A stretch of 64,000 nt of DNA from Eledone cirrhosa (GCA_964016885.1 OZ024742.1:325748001-325812000); one strand, 5' to 3'. Counted from the stretch's first letter, positions 43,776 to 58,584 are shown. Notes: generated by a model from the sequence alone, not told the origin. Made by a program: numbers and translations.

Positions 43776-44179
43776 TGCCCAACAATATCAATATAAAAAA
43801 AACCTTACCGATATTAATATTCAGCGATGGTACCCATCCGTGCTAGAGTGACCGCCAAATTTGAAATTCCAGCAGTCTCACAATAAGAAATCTCACACCG
43901 TCAACAAGCGGGAAGGGGAGGTCATCGCAAAACATAAAATAATATGCACGCAGGTCAATTAATTCTTTCACTAATTTTAACCATGCGTGAAGAACTCAAT
44001 TGGATATAAAAAAAATAAATATATGCATGTATTATTTATACACGCATATAGGTATTTTCTTAGGCTAAACACAGAGACAAGATACCGGAAAAAACAATCA
44101 ATATTTTATACAAAGAATAAATACAGAAAGTCATACCTAAAAAGTATATGGAAATATTCATCTCTGGCCAAATCAAGAG

Positions 44180-44382
44180 TATAATATTTAATACATTAAC
44201 AGAGAAAGTTTTAAGCAATACTCCGACCGGCTCCCGTCTCACTCAACAAACATTGGGATATAGCTTAGTATAATCCCAATTATACGTTTGGGGTGCTAAC
44301 TATACGTATTTTGCGGATAGCCAGTTGTATTATTTTATATGAGACACAATTAAATACATCCCTCTTTCCAAACGATCGTTTC

Positions 44383-44387
<5 letters not shown>
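44180..44387 (-). repeat. Third, truncated copy of the HHR 3' half plus tail (direct repeat of ~43470-43675)
   Basis: atttaatacattaacagagaaag...ttccaaacgatcgtttcattata, then (TA)n. Confidence 0.88.
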
Positions 44388-44470
<83 letters not shown>

Positions 44471-45429
44471 TAACAGATTAAAGTTTAAGCAAAGAATCAA
44501 TTAAGGGTGAAATCAGCGAATTTTTGCTGAGACTTTAATATGTTATTTTAATAAATATTTGCTCTAATGTTCTTATATATTTGATATATATATTATATAT
44601 ATATGACCCAGAGCCTACCGGGAGTCATATATAATAATAGGACCATGCCAGGTCCTGCGGGAGGAATTACATTTACAAAGAACATTGATTTGGGGGTCTG
44701 ACTCCTATTATAGAATGTTCAGATATGACACCCCTTAATAGAAGGTAATCATCCTGATATATACACCTTAGTACTTCTTAGTAGACAACACTGTAACCTA
44801 TAAATAAGTAACATAATCTAGAAATTAGTTATAACATCATATGATAGGCTCTTATTTGAAACACCATTAATGTAATTTAGGATAATAAATTTAACTAAGA
44901 AAACCAGCTAGTTACCTCCCCTTACGCATTAATTCCCCTTGGTCATACAGGCACTTCCGGAATATAATATCATCACACAAAACTAAATAACATGATCTAT
45001 TAATTAAGAATCGACAAGATACGGTTTATAACTTTGTTATATGCTGAACCATCGTGAATTATATGATAGACCCGTGTTCTATATGTTGCGTCTCATGCAT
45101 TATGTGAGTGGTGGTGTGAGCGAAGACAGTGGTACTGTTTTGCCTACGACATAATATGGTTTATAATATGTTTGACATTTTTTATATTTTCGTGTTTCTC
45201 TACATTCGGGACTGTATATCATACAGGTGTATGCGAATAAATGACTTAATAATTCAGCCCACATAATAATGTCGATTGCCTGCTTCAACTGCCTGACCCT
45301 GCAAATAACATTCTGATGCACTCTAATCCTGTACAAATAAGACACGCGTGCATGCTACACGGGAGATTGTTTCATACACTGACTACTCTAAACTTTCTTC
45401 TTGCTTTATCTACATAGACTGCCAATGCT

Positions 45430-45660
45430 TCATTTTTATTTTCATTTTTTTTATTTTTATTTTTATTTTTATTTTTATTTTTATTTTTATTTTTAATTTT
45501 ATTTTTATTTTTGTTTTTATTTTTATTTTTATTTTTATTATTTTTATTTTTATTTTTATTTTTATTTTTATTTTTATTTTTATTTTTATTTTTATTTTTA
45601 TTTTTATTTTTTTATTTTTTTTTTATTTTTAATTTTTATTTTTTTTTTATTTTTTTTTTA
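45430..45660 (+). repeat. (TTTTTA)n simple repeat
   Basis: Direct reading. Confidence 0.95.
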
Positions 45661-45880
45661 TCCTTTAACCTTTATATGTAATTTGCCATGCTATATCATT
45701 TTGATGGATGTCATCCCACTGTGGATCAATATGTGCATATGTTTTACATGTCTCTTGTGTTGAAAAGGAGGTCAAGTATGTTATAGATCACTAAATAGTT
45801 GCTCCGAAGAATGCAAACCTCGGTTTGGAGGAAACAATTGTAAGCAAATAAATGATTTAAACTGAACTTTGATTATTGTA

Positions 45881-45965
<85 letters not shown>

Positions 45966-46258
45966 CGAGTAGGACCCCGACGGCTGAGCTCAAGCCGTTC
46001 AGACGGCTAATTCTGGACGCTTCATACAGACGGAAATTGCACATATATCTATTGAATTACATCCATTGTTGTTGAGAGCATAATTCTGCAGCCTTGCAAA
46101 GGTTAAAATGTAAAGACTGTCTTCAGATGATTGTCTCGAAACGGCTTGAGCTCAGCCGTCGGGGTACTACTCGTTCCTATTACACACTCTACTACCCTAA
46201 GTATTTTTAGTACTTTGGTGCGTTATGGTGCATCTGGTTCCTTACCACATTTCCTTCG

Positions 46259-46313
<55 letters not shown>

Positions 46314-46314
<1 letters not shown>

Positions 46315-46345
46315 TAGCTGAATTACGCGGCGCTGCCCGGGTTGA
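46314..46345 (-). mobile_element. Possible Helitron 3' terminus
   Basis: Minus strand aacccgggcagcgccgcgtaattcagCTAG then T: GC-rich imperfect hairpin followed by CTAG. Confidence 0.45.
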
Positions 46346-46619
46346 TGCTGCTGTTCTTATTCAGATTAGTAAACAATAACTATGAAAATATGTTTTTTTA
46401 TTTGCTCATAATTATTTCAATGTATCTATATTATATATTAAAAAATATCAACCTTGTAATGATAATAGAATTTAGAAATGAAAATATGTAAATCTTGAAG
46501 CACCTTAGGGTAAACAATATTCATTGTGTAATTCATGTATGTGTAGAAGTATGTGTGTAATTGGCATAGTCACTTACACGCTCTAACTACCTTCCTTGAT
46601 TCTTACATGCTGAAATTAT

Positions 46620-46705
46620 CTTTCATCCTTACGGGGTCGATAAAATAAAGTATCAGTAATACACTGAGATAATTGCTGGCCTTGTGCCAAAAGTAGAAAC
46701 AATTA
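46620..46705 (+). mobile_element. SINE 3' fragment
   Basis: ctttcatccttacggggtcgataaaataaag...ggccttgtgccaaaagtagaaacaatt. Confidence 0.85.
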
Positions 46706-46808
46706 TATTGTTACCACTTTGAATTGTAGGTTACCGTCTCTATAAATGAAAGGTAGTTGTAAAGATTTCTCTCTAAGGTTTTTTTTTTTATATTGATATT
46801 GTTGGGCA

Positions 46809-46930
46809 TCCACTGATGATTTATAAGTGCCCACCGACATATATTCCTATGGACTATGTGTAGGCTTCTACATAACCTGTACATTATTTTCCCAATTTGT
46901 AGAAAACTTATAATGAAACGATCGTTTGGA
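46809..46930 (+). ncRNA. Type I hammerhead motif with extended stem II (right arm copy)
   Basis: tcca-CTGATGA(46813-46819)-tttataagt...acttataat-GAAAC(46915-46919)-GATC-GTT(46924-46926)-tgga. Confidence 0.72.
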
Positions 46931-48385
46931 AAGAGGGATGTATTTAATTATGTCTCATATAAAATAATACAACTGGCTATCCGCAAAATACGTATAGTTA
47001 TTATCCCAAACGTATAATTGGGATTATACTAAGGTATATCCTAATGTTTGTTGAGTGAGACGGAAGCCGGTCGGAGTATTGCTTAAAGCTTTCTCTGTTA
47101 ATGTATTAAATATATATATATATATATGTTTGTGTGTGTGTGTCTATACATAGATAAATATATATATATTCACTCAAGTTTGGTGGTTCACCACTGGAAA
47201 GAACTGGTCATTCCGTATAGTCAATCATGATGTAATGTAGGAAAAGCATCCGACGTTATACAACTCATCCATATTTGATGTTGAAACCTATTGTTGATCC
47301 GGTCACCCGTCATTTTACTCAACAATATATTGTATAAGTTACATAAGTTACATAAGCTGAGAAATCATTACTTGCTTTGTTGTGTTCAATTGGCAATCCA
47401 CTTCTTCCAGATAGGTTCCTTGTGTATCCAAACATTTGAACCAAGGGATCATTTGACTACTCAAATTTTGTCTAGAATACCTCTTCCGGTACAACTCTCA
47501 GTCCCACCCTCAGAGTATGTATGAGATTAGAGATAGTTTCCCTGTTCAATAAATATTGTTAGCAAAATATGCAACTATTTTCTTTCATAACAGCTGTTTT
47601 TCCCTTACCTTCTTTTCATCTAATAGAAAAAAACGTGTTTCCCGATAGTTTTAATACAATATCATATGGTTTCGTTTGTATTTTGAACATATTCATATGG
47701 CTGGCATTTAGATCATAAATGTATCTGTGCAAGTGAGAATTAGCTTCTGGCAAATATTATTTGTTATTTCGTTCTATGCTACCGTTTACGTCAAATATAT
47801 TTATTAGTTTTATTAGTTTTATTTTTACTTTTTCTAAAGATTCATATATTTAAAAATGATGTAAATGATTATGTGATATTTATGCCTTTTTGCAGTGTTA
47901 ATGTATTGCTACGTATTATAGACTTCTCTTATAATTTTACTCATGATTAGGAAGCAATATAGTGTTATTCCACAATACGTATATGTGACTACTACGTTAT
48001 AGTTCGATTCCATTTTCATTCATAGAAGCTTCTACTAATTTTGGTCCCGTGAAAGCTTATTGTAAAGCAGAATGAACATTTCAATATTTATTGCATAAAT
48101 AAACTACACTATATATTCAGATTAAATATTTCTCCTTCTAAACCTTCTATGTAAGGCGTGATGTTGTTTTATATTCCTCAGATATAAGAGAATTATGCAT
48201 TCTCAAAGTATTTATCATTTAACTTATATATGTTTTGCACATTTAATGTGAAAATTAGTCATTTTCATTGTAAGTAACACTTTGAAATACTACCTTGACC
48301 TACATAATAATGCTGATTTATACTATAAAAAATATATTACCATAAAAGGTTTTATTACATACATAACCATAAATAGTATCCTTAA

Positions 48386-48464
<79 letters not shown>

Positions 48465-48581
48465 TACATATTTATATATATACATATATATATATATATA
48501 TACATACATATTCATATATATTCTTAAAAACGCACACAGGAATATATATATATACGTGTGTGTGCCTTTATGTGTGTGTGT

Positions 48582-48622
<41 letters not shown>

Positions 48623-51600
48623 ATTGCCTAGGAAAAAAGGGATCGGAAGGTAAGTGAAGTATGTGTTGTTTATTTCCCACTTTCTTTCTAAATGTTGCTT
48701 ATTGTTATTACATAACTATTTCAGTATTCCGATTCCAGCATTCCAGTATTCCGCATCCACGCATATGTAACTGTGAATTCTTTTTTATCAGTGATAAACG
48801 TTTTCTAAACGTTTTATAAACCGAAGTGGCCTGACTACAGTTTATTACTTTTATTACTTTTATTATTTGAATATTTACTGCATTGTAGCATTATAGCTGG
48901 TTTTAGTTATATTAAATATTGTCTTTCTTTAATGTATAAGTAGACTGCTTCGTGTGGTATAAATGAAAAATAAGCTTTATGTTGTAGAATATACGGACTA
49001 ATTTTAATTCATAATTCTACTATATATACTATATATTCTACTATATATAACTATTTCATATATTCATATAAATCACACCGATTCATTCTTTGCAGTAATT
49101 TGATTGTTGCCCACTCGTCTATCTGCATAAGTATCTACGTCATTTCTTCGTTAGTAGTTGATGAAATATATAATAATAGATGTCATGATTTAGTTTAATT
49201 CTGCCTTCCTACAACCATTAAGTATTCCAATCATCTGAAGACAGTCTTTACATTTTAACCTTTGCAAGGCTGCAGAATTATGCTCTCAATAACAATGGAT
49301 GTAATTCAGTAGATATATGTGCAATTTCCGTCTGTATGAAGCATTAAATCTTGTATTTCTATAGCACTCCCATTTGTGAATTAATAGGAATCTATTTCGA
49401 TTCTCAGGTCCGTGCTTGACATTTATGTTATTTGAAATAAAATTTGTATGTGACAACGTCGATATATTTCAATGTTAAACATCTTTGAGTAAGACAGACA
49501 TTTGTGCCATATGTCGACATTATATTACGTCCGGCTCTTAATCATTATAATCTAAGGGTTAGGTTAAAAGTATTTCAACTCAGTTCTTTAAAGCAGATAT
49601 CTTAATATAATATTCTGCAAGTGGATGGAGAAATAATAATCTTATATTCTTGGAAGGAAATTAGGTGTAAACTTATATGCAATACTGAAAGCAAAACAGT
49701 ACTGAGCTAATCACGGAATCTCGCAGTTCTCAGAATACAGTGTGCGCTAATGATAAATGTGTCCTCCCATATTTGTGATCTCCACACGTTCAGGCTTTAC
49801 CAATTTCAAGTCGCAGATCTCGATATACTCTAACAATATATACAACACGGCAACGACTTCCACTCCATTATGAATGATGCATTTAAAAGAGTTGAAGAGG
49901 TGTTGCACTGAAGATGAAAAGAAATGTACACATTTCATTACTCTCAAGCATCTTCACCCTACCACCTTTTTCAGCACAGCTGAAGGCGATCGGCATAATG
50001 TACTCAAGTGAAAACAGGATCTGTCCCTTACGCGCATGATATTTTGACGCTATGCTAGCATCTCAGACAGGTCTTTCGATGTCACTCTCGTAGCGTTAGT
50101 TTCGAGGACGGACCAACAATACCATCCCAATGATTCTGTGGTGGATATTAATGTAGAAAATCGACCCTAGGTCTAACATTTTGCTTTTATGTTATCGATT
50201 GCAGAGATGGGAAATTCAAAGTTTATATTTCCATATGACCTATCAATTTAGCACTCATTCTCTAAAACCTCATTTATGTTCGCAGCACAAACACGTAGAC
50301 TCGTGTTCGATCCCACAACGTGATGACTTAGTAAGTTCTGTAAAAGCCGTGCGATGGAAATTAGATAGAAAAATATTGCGGGAGAGCTGCTCGAATGTGT
50401 CGTTCCTGTCCATTACTGGTGAATTTAATCCGTAACCTTAATTTTCTACCACACAATCCTCAAGTGATTGTGCAGCGTGATCTATTATAAGGATTTGGGT
50501 ATATATCTGATTTATGGCAAACATACGTGTATAAGATCAGTATGGCAATCTTGAAAATATTCATTGTCACTGTCCGTCATTCTCTAAGCAATAAATAACA
50601 TCCAATCATTCTCTGGAGATATTAGAGGGATTATAATCAACTGATGAATACGTATTCATGACATGAACACCTGGAGACAGAAATATCAAATGAAAGAATA
50701 GTTTATATAAGGAATCCAAAATCACCTTAACATGCTGCACAACAATCAGCTGCTGACGATTAATAAGTATTCCATTTGAAGGAGAGAGGTCCAGAAGTGA
50801 TACTGTTGCATTTAAAGATGAGCAGAAGATGAAATTGTAGGGGGTCTAAAGAAGAAGCAGAAAATTAGAATAAATATGAATAAATGAATCGCAGAAGGAT
50901 GGAATGCAAACCGAGAGAGATAAAATACTTAGCTTCATGGAGATATAACTGTACCTAAGAGATTAAGACCTTAGAAAATAGATATAAATGCTATTAATGG
51001 TTGAACTGTATTTCAGATGCTATGAAAACCATCAATAATATCTAAATATAAACAGATGAAACCAACGTGATAGAAATACGGATGGATTACTGGGATATAT
51101 GTGGTAAGCAGATACGGATTTCGATATTTGCAACCCTGAATTAGTATTCGGTTCCAATATAACAATTTAATAAAGAGAAAAATCATTGGGAGTTATAATA
51201 CCACATGCATAAATTCACATCTGATAGACATCTGTCAGATTTCTTATCAGATAATACTAAACAAAAGCAGATGCCAATAATTCATGTGACACTTCCTCTT
51301 CGAATAATCATCTTCCAAGAAACCGTCTAAACATTTTGAATTTATTTATTTATCTTTTTATTTTCTATTGTAATTGAGAAACAATAGTGCCGTTGGTTAC
51401 ATGTTTTTAACGAGCTGCTTAGTGTTTCACTAATTATGATGGTAAGGGTGACAAGGGAAATTTATGTAATACAATTCAGAATAGATCATTTCGAGAATTT
51501 CCTTTATGAAGGAGTGGTGTTCCTGCTTACTTTTCCTCGTCAATGTTTACATCATTAACCGATGTACATCACTGAAATATACACTCACGCACACAAACCC

Positions 51601-54304
51601 ACACTCCTTGTAGTTCCTAACGACCAGTCAATGAACAATCACAAAATACAATTCCCTATTCGCTGCCACGCCAATTTCTTTTGGCTCATTTAACTTTTGT
51701 TTACCTGCACCTTAACTTGTACACCGATATAATGCACGCATGAATTTATATTGGTATATGTGTTTGTTTATTAGCATGTATCTGGTATATTTGGCCACAG
51801 GTACATGGAGGATGTATCTGTGTATATACATAATTTACTATATGAGCATCACCTTTTATGATATGCGAGATAGTGGATTAAGTACTAATCTAATTTTAGT
51901 TGGTGATTCTATAATTGATTTGAAATACTTGTTCGAGACCCTATATTATAATAAATGTTTCCTGGAACTTCAACACATTTTGCCTCATTATATTTTCCCC
52001 TAATACCCGGTTAATTGTAGATAACTCCGGGGAATACTCCTTTGAACCTATGTACCATATTCGGTGGCGCATCTCATATTATGAGGATATCTAAGTTTCA
52101 CAACTCCATCGACCACGTCGAGCACAACTAACTGGTAAATTGTCTCTCCCCATTTTATTACTCTTATCCACTTTATTAGCCTACATAAAACGAATACTTC
52201 TATTTTCTCCTTTACACGGTATTTTGCTTCACTGATACACGATATTTCACACACCATTTATAAGGAAACACAGTCTTAGCTATTTTTATATTCAATTACA
52301 TAAGATGATTTGACTGTGGTAATATTTTGCAACGAGAGATAGACTAGAAATATTGGAGGCGTGTTATTGCATATTTTATTTGCCGTTGTTAAACTCTATT
52401 AACGATTATCACATGTAGACACATAGAAGCACACAAATATATGCACGCAAAATATATATGCACATTACGCAAATGTATCATATTCCTTTAATTTTGTATT
52501 ATTAAATATAGACGTTATTTGTTAAAGAAGTAATGATGTTTCATTTGTAAATCCCTATATTTCAGATATTAACATTCTCGAAGACTAAGATATTTCTGTC
52601 GCCAAACATACATACATTGACACAATTACACATTATTATTCATTTTTTGCATTAGCATAGTTTCTCCTCTACTTTTTTCAAACTTGGGTTTTCTACTTTC
52701 TAAAGTAGTATTTAATAATTATTGAGGTTTTGATGACCTTGTATGATGTGGTTCGACTTAAAACTATTTATGAAATAAATCGATTGTTTGAAGAAATTAT
52801 GAAATTATATTAAGCCAAAATGTCGCAACATTTATAAATATATTTCCGTCATCTCCATAGCTACAAGCATTTTCGTTGTATATATTAACTCGACAAAGAT
52901 ATATTTTCTATAAATTTAATCTTTTATTGATATCAGTCACTAGATAGCCTATCATATCCGTGCAAGTACCTATTTAAATAAGTAGTACTTATTTTATCCA
53001 AGATTATTAGTTACCGTTTTGACAGAACGATTATATTATTAAAAGTCCATAAAAACAAACAAAGACAAACATATTTCCTCATACCGTCACCTATATGATA
53101 TCTGAGACCACAAAATAAACATTAAACCGATTCCTTTCTAAACAGAAGATCAGTAGGCAGTTCAACATGATCTGATATCTCTATATCCTGTGACTCAGGA
53201 AAACTGAAATGGCTATGGCCCCATAACCCCCTCCGGACTAAATAAATAAACATTAAAAAACGGGCATCCGAAATGGACCCAGTCCATGTGCTCGGACAAG
53301 TAAAGTGCTGAAATAATAAAACATTATAAAATACAGAATATACTTGTAGTTTCGGAGTTGGGATTCTAAGAGGAAATATTTGTCACTAAGCTTGTGGTAA
53401 TATGTCTTTTTTCCGTACTCAGTCCAGAATTTTGTCAGAGAGGGTTATAGTCGAAACACGTTGGAATAATAAAAATAAAAATTGAAATTGGACATAACTA
53501 AACGTAGAGCACATAAGTATAAAACAAAACGACTGTAAGGAATGTTTACCAAGAATTTACCGAATCTTTCTGCTACTACCTCATCGGCCTCAATTAAATC
53601 AAATCAATATTATATTGAGAAATAAGAAACAAAATATTAAAACAGAGAGTGATAGTGAATCACGCTTAAAGATGAAATACCCAAACGAATATATATGTGA
53701 AGCCCCAACAACACAATACTTCAAAGTATGCTAGAAACTGATCAACGTTCTTGTCATTTTAAGAAAAAAATACTCCATTTTATGCAATTAGGCCAAGATT
53801 GTTAGATAGCAATTTATTCGATTATTTTCTTTACTTTATTGGTTATTTTAGTTTCATCTCCACGTTATCTCTCTCTTTAACTCTCTCTTCCTATAGGTCT
53901 CATCATTACCATCTGTATAACTCTCTCACTATTTCTCACTCTCTCGCTTCTTCCCCTCTTTCATTATTCCCTCCTCTTTCCTCGTCTGTCTCTCATTCTC
54001 ACTTTATCAATCAAGCGCTTTCTCGCAAAATGAAAGATAAGTGAAATTTGAATCACAATTTCGATGATACAAACAAAAAAAATTATTACTTCAAAACTTT
54101 TAGTTCAGAATAATTTCTTATATATTGAAGAATGCCTATAAAACATTATGAAAATCAATGGCCTCGTAACCTGCTTTCCTTGCTGGCGACATCCAACTCG
54201 AGATCAGCTTGAGTAGTATTCTGTTAAAGGAAATGTGTTTATGTAGGTCAAATGTTACACAAAGCCTCTTAAATTAGAGCTTATATAGAGTATATAAGGA
54301 GAAT

Positions 54305-54668
54305 GAAAACTCTGATATAACACCTGCAACTCTGATGGTATCCAATGATGTTGACTTGTTCTTCTTTTTGGTAAATATCATCTTGTTTAAAAGAGTGGGA
54401 CTGGCTTTGTGCAGTGCCTTTGCTCACTATAAAAGCTTCACGGCACAGGCATTGCTTTATATCTGGAGATCTCTCTGCACTTGTCGTCACATGGTACCAT
54501 GGGCCCAGCACTATGTGCCAATAATTGTCACAAGTGTAGTGTTTGTACCAGAGTTTTCAAGTCGCTGGCTGGACTAAAAAGTCACACTCGTTCAGCGCAT
54601 CGGTAAGGGTTCTCCTACATGGATATAAAGTAGTGGCCGTACTCGAAAACGAGTTGGCAGCCACCATG
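54305..54668 (+). repeat. ~360-bp dispersed repeat, direct copy of 58800-59161; possibly RTE-like 5' region
   Basis: Near-identical ORF calls 54335-54577 and 58828-59061; both copies end in (ATGT)n; ggagaaggaaaactctgat recalls RTE 5' UTRs. Confidence 0.8.
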
Positions 54669-54684
54669 TATGTATGTATGCATT

Positions 54685-54729
<45 letters not shown>

Positions 54730-54942
54730 TCGTATATATGTATATGCATATATATATATATGTGTGTGTGCGTGTGTGTCAGTGTGAGTGTCGGTATGTG
54801 TTATATGCGTTGGAGAGAGGGTACAATATGTAGAAGTTTCAATACAATATTTTTTAGTTATGTAGTAACGCTTCTTCCCTTTTCCACTTCCAACACCACA
54901 TAGGATGCTGTTTGCGTCGTATATTTCGAGCATTAATCAATT

Positions 54943-55087
54943 GGACGCCATGCTTTCCAGCATAGTTACGTCCCTTTACGATCTGAGTTCAAATCCCGCC
55001 GAGGTTGACTTTACCTTTCATCCTTACGGGGTCGATAAAATAAAGTACCAGTAATGCACTGGCCTTGTGCCTAAAGTAGAAACAATT
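54943..55087 (+). mobile_element. tRNA-derived SINE, 5'-truncated
   Basis: ctgagttcaaatcccgccgagg...gtcgataaaataaagtaccagtaatgcactgg. Confidence 0.88.
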
Positions 55088-55413
55088 AATCAATTAAATA
55101 TCGGCCAAATATTTGATTCAAATTCCTCAAATACCATTTATGTACATGAATGTATGTACGTATATATTTATGTATCTATGTATATATTTATGTATGTATG
55201 TATGTCCTTCTGGTTTTATAATTTCACAAAGTTTTACCAATAGAGAGAGAGTCGGTTTCTAACATAGACACAAGACTCTCTCATCAACTAGGTAGATATC
55301 TATGTATGCATGCATGTGTAGATATGGATGTTATTGTATGTGTGGATGTGGATGTTTTGAGTTGTATGTGTGCATGTGTATATGCTTTGTATCTGTACAT
55401 GTGTATATGCAGT

Positions 55414-58400
55414 TATTAGATGCAACATTTTTGGAATGTTTTACATAATTTTACTGTTCCATTAATGGATTGTACTTGTAATTTCCTAACTAGTTGTGTT
55501 CTTTCTGTTCCTGTGAAGCCTAGCTTCTCAAGATTTGTATTGAGGCAGTTACTAACATATCCCAGTGCCCCAATAATCACATGCATAAATCTGAAGGTGT
55601 AATCAGGGTGGAGTATCTGCAGATTTCTCATCAGTTCTGCGTACATATTCTCCTTTTCACTAATCTTTGATATTATATTGGCATCTGCTGGGCAGCTAAT
55701 TTCCACTACTGTGCATGTTTTCTTCTCCCTGTCTCATATCATAATATGTGGTCTATTATGCCTGCATTTTATTGGGGTTTTTACTGGAACATTCCACCAA
55801 TACTCTTTCATATTATGTACATGGATATCTTCCACATTGTTGTAGATTTTAATATGTTTATTATCGTGGCTATCTTTTTTACGAACTGCATTGTACAATG
55901 TTTTAGCCACTACATCATGCCTCATAGGTAGATAGTACCGCAATGACATCTATGGACAGCTGCTGATGACATGGGTGATATCCTCGATGTTATTTCTGCA
56001 GAGTCTGCACTTGTTATCACATCTAGGTGTTTTGCCTGCATCTCTATCTCTTTTGTGAATCAGGTATTTCGTGCTAATCTCCTGTTCCTGGATTGCAAAT
56101 TCTTCTTGGTTGAAATTCTTCTTTTCCTTCAAAGTGGGAGCCAATATAGCGGTTGTTGATCCAAGATAGACTACTTTCCTTATCTATATTACTCTCACTC
56201 TGGAGCTTCCTGGCAACATATCCATGCATGATTTTTTGCTGATAGGCATGCAGTTTTTCATCCATGGATTCACCGCGATACTGCTGAGCGACATCCCTGG
56301 GTGTGAATTTTTGATTATCACACAGGCGATATCTCTCAAGGAGTTCCTTCCCAAATCTCATGATCTTATCTGTTTCATGCAGATAGACTTGCTTGTGAAA
56401 CGCTTCGAGTTCGTAGCTGTTGTCGTCGGAGAGATATGATGCGACATTCAAATGTTATCTGGACTGATGTTAGGCCTCTGCCTCCCTGCTTACGTTTCAA
56501 GTAAAGGCGGTCTATGTCACTGTTGATGTGGACATTTCCGGTGTTTTTCAGTATTTCTCGAGTTCCAACATCAACTGCTCGGTTTTCGTCTATCGTCCAA
56601 TTGAGTATTCCAAAAGTTGGTGTTAGGACAGGCACAGCAAACACATTGTGAGCCACTGTTTTGTTTTAAGCAGAGAGTTCCGATGACCAGATTTTCTTAA
56701 TCGGGTGTAGTATTCCCTGGTTACGCGTTTCTTATTACAGATACCATTATAGGATATGTTCTCATCTATCCCCAGGTATCTGTAGCAGTCCTCATCAGAT
56801 ATCGGTGAAACAGTTAGGCCATTGATGACAATGTTTCTAGATTGGCTTGTTGTTTTTCCCCGCTTTACAGTCATGTATGAGCATTTATCTTGGCCAAACT
56901 CCATTCCTATATCCTTTGAGAACGTTGTAACCAGTCACGATTTTTCTTCATCCCATTCATGTTCTTGGCATAGAGTTTCAGATCGTCCACAAAGAAATTA
57001 TGGGTTAGGTTCGTATTTCTATCCTCCTGTGAGCCAATGATATATCCCTCACATTTCTTGAACAGAAAGGACAAGGGGTTTAATGACAAGATGAACAATA
57101 TCACAGAGAGACTGTCCCCCTGAAATATACCCCTGCAATATTTTATTTTATCAGTGAAAATAGAGTCCTCCCTCTCTGATTTTAACCTTAGGATAGTAGC
57201 CGAAGAAGAAGACAGCCTCTCTATGGCTCTGACAATAATGTCTGAGACTTTATCAAGTTGGAGGGCCTCTATCATCCAAGAGTGGGGAACAGAATCGAAA
57301 GCTTTCCTGTAGTCCAGCCAGACTGTAGTCATATTCCTCCTAAGTTGTCGCACCTCCGACATCGCAGTTTTGTTGATTAGGTGTTGTTCAGCACATCCCC
57401 AAACCCCTTTCTTTCCAGCTGCTTGTTCATCTGTGATGATGTTATTATTTCCACAGTGATCTTGGAGGAATAGGTTCAGGCAGACTGTATACATCTTATA
57501 CATCAGGTTCTGGCATGCAATGGGTCGGTAGTTTTTTGCTAAGTGGATGTCTTTGTTCTTCGGGACCAGTAACGTTTGTGCTAATGTCAACCATACTGGT
57601 ATAAGTGTATCTCCCTTAAGAACTTGTTGGTAGAGGTCAGTAAGATACCTCCGATAGAATATTAGTTTTTGTACCAGTAATCGACAATCATGTCTCTTCC
57701 TGGTGTTTTCTCATCTTGGAGTTTTCCTATCACAGTCTCAAGGGTACCCTCACTTATTTCGTATGTTTTTGTTGTAGTGTAGGAGCAATAGTTATTTCGG
57801 ATTTCTCTTAGCCACACTGCATCTTGGTTGAAATTCTTCTTTTCACCCCATATTTTTCTCCAAAAGGAAACTATGTCTTTCTGGGATAGGGCCTCAGTGA
57901 CACTTATTATTGTACACTTCATATCTCTATAGACTGATGTTTGGTTTCGTCTGAATCTTTTATTAAGCATTTTTCTCTCATCTACCTTCTTCAGGTATCG
58001 GCGTTTTTCGCTAACAGCTCTCAATTCTTGTTTGAGGGTGATCAGCTTATATTGGAGAGTTCTGGTTCTACTGTTACCAAACATCGTCTCTATTTTTTTT
58101 TTTCATTCTTTGTTGGTGAGGAGTGAGGTTCTTTTGTGTTTGTTTGCATGTAAGGAGCATTGTCACATATCCTATGTTTTTGGTAGGTCAGCACTCTTTT
58201 TTTCTATTTTAGTTATATATGATGGCATTTTTGGTGGTGTTCTGTTCTTGTTAATATCTCTGCTATCACCAAGATAATGCTTCACTGTCATATAAACAGG
58301 CGTTGATTTGCCAAAATGTTGGGGTTTTTATCCGTCGTAAATATTCATCCCCTATTTCGTCAATAGCACGTAGTATTTCATTATTTGTTTTTTTTGTTCA

Positions 58401-58480
58401 CCATTGTCGTTTTAACACGTTCAGCCAGAGAGATATTTATACATGAGTTTATTTCTCTCTGGAAGATTTCGTTGAGAGAA
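55414..58480 (-). mobile_element. R4/Dong-like RLE non-LTR retrotransposon, nearly complete ORF, many frameshifts and stops
   Basis: FWRKIWG, KTPGRD, NYRPIAC, WLDYRKAFDSVPH, GIFQGDSLS, FFVDDLKLYA, YRYLGI, RLYLKRKQGGRGL, CRLC..ITHVISSC, RHDVV, HNRPHIMI, IIGALG; (ATGT)n-like repeats on both flanks. Confidence 0.9.
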
Positions 58481-58584
58481 ATTTTCAATTGTATGTATGT
58501 ATGTAATTATGTATTTTTGTATGTATGTACATATTTATGTATGTATATATGTATTTATGTATCTATGTATTTATGTATTATTGT

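Larger units (their letters stand above)
42255..48324. repeat. Large inverted duplication, ~1.55-kb arms (42255-43806 / 46775-48324), ~3-kb spacer
   Basis: Mirror ORFs 42961-43203(-) and 47291-47524(+); arm ends match by eye; arms differ by SNPs and indels. Confidence 0.95.

Noticed and set aside
49740-50150. Possible hAT transposase remnant (minus strand); also faint PLE-like remnants at ~21630-21840, ~44690-44950, ~51860-52000 and ~59930-60150
   Set aside because: Similarity too decayed to support without a profile search.
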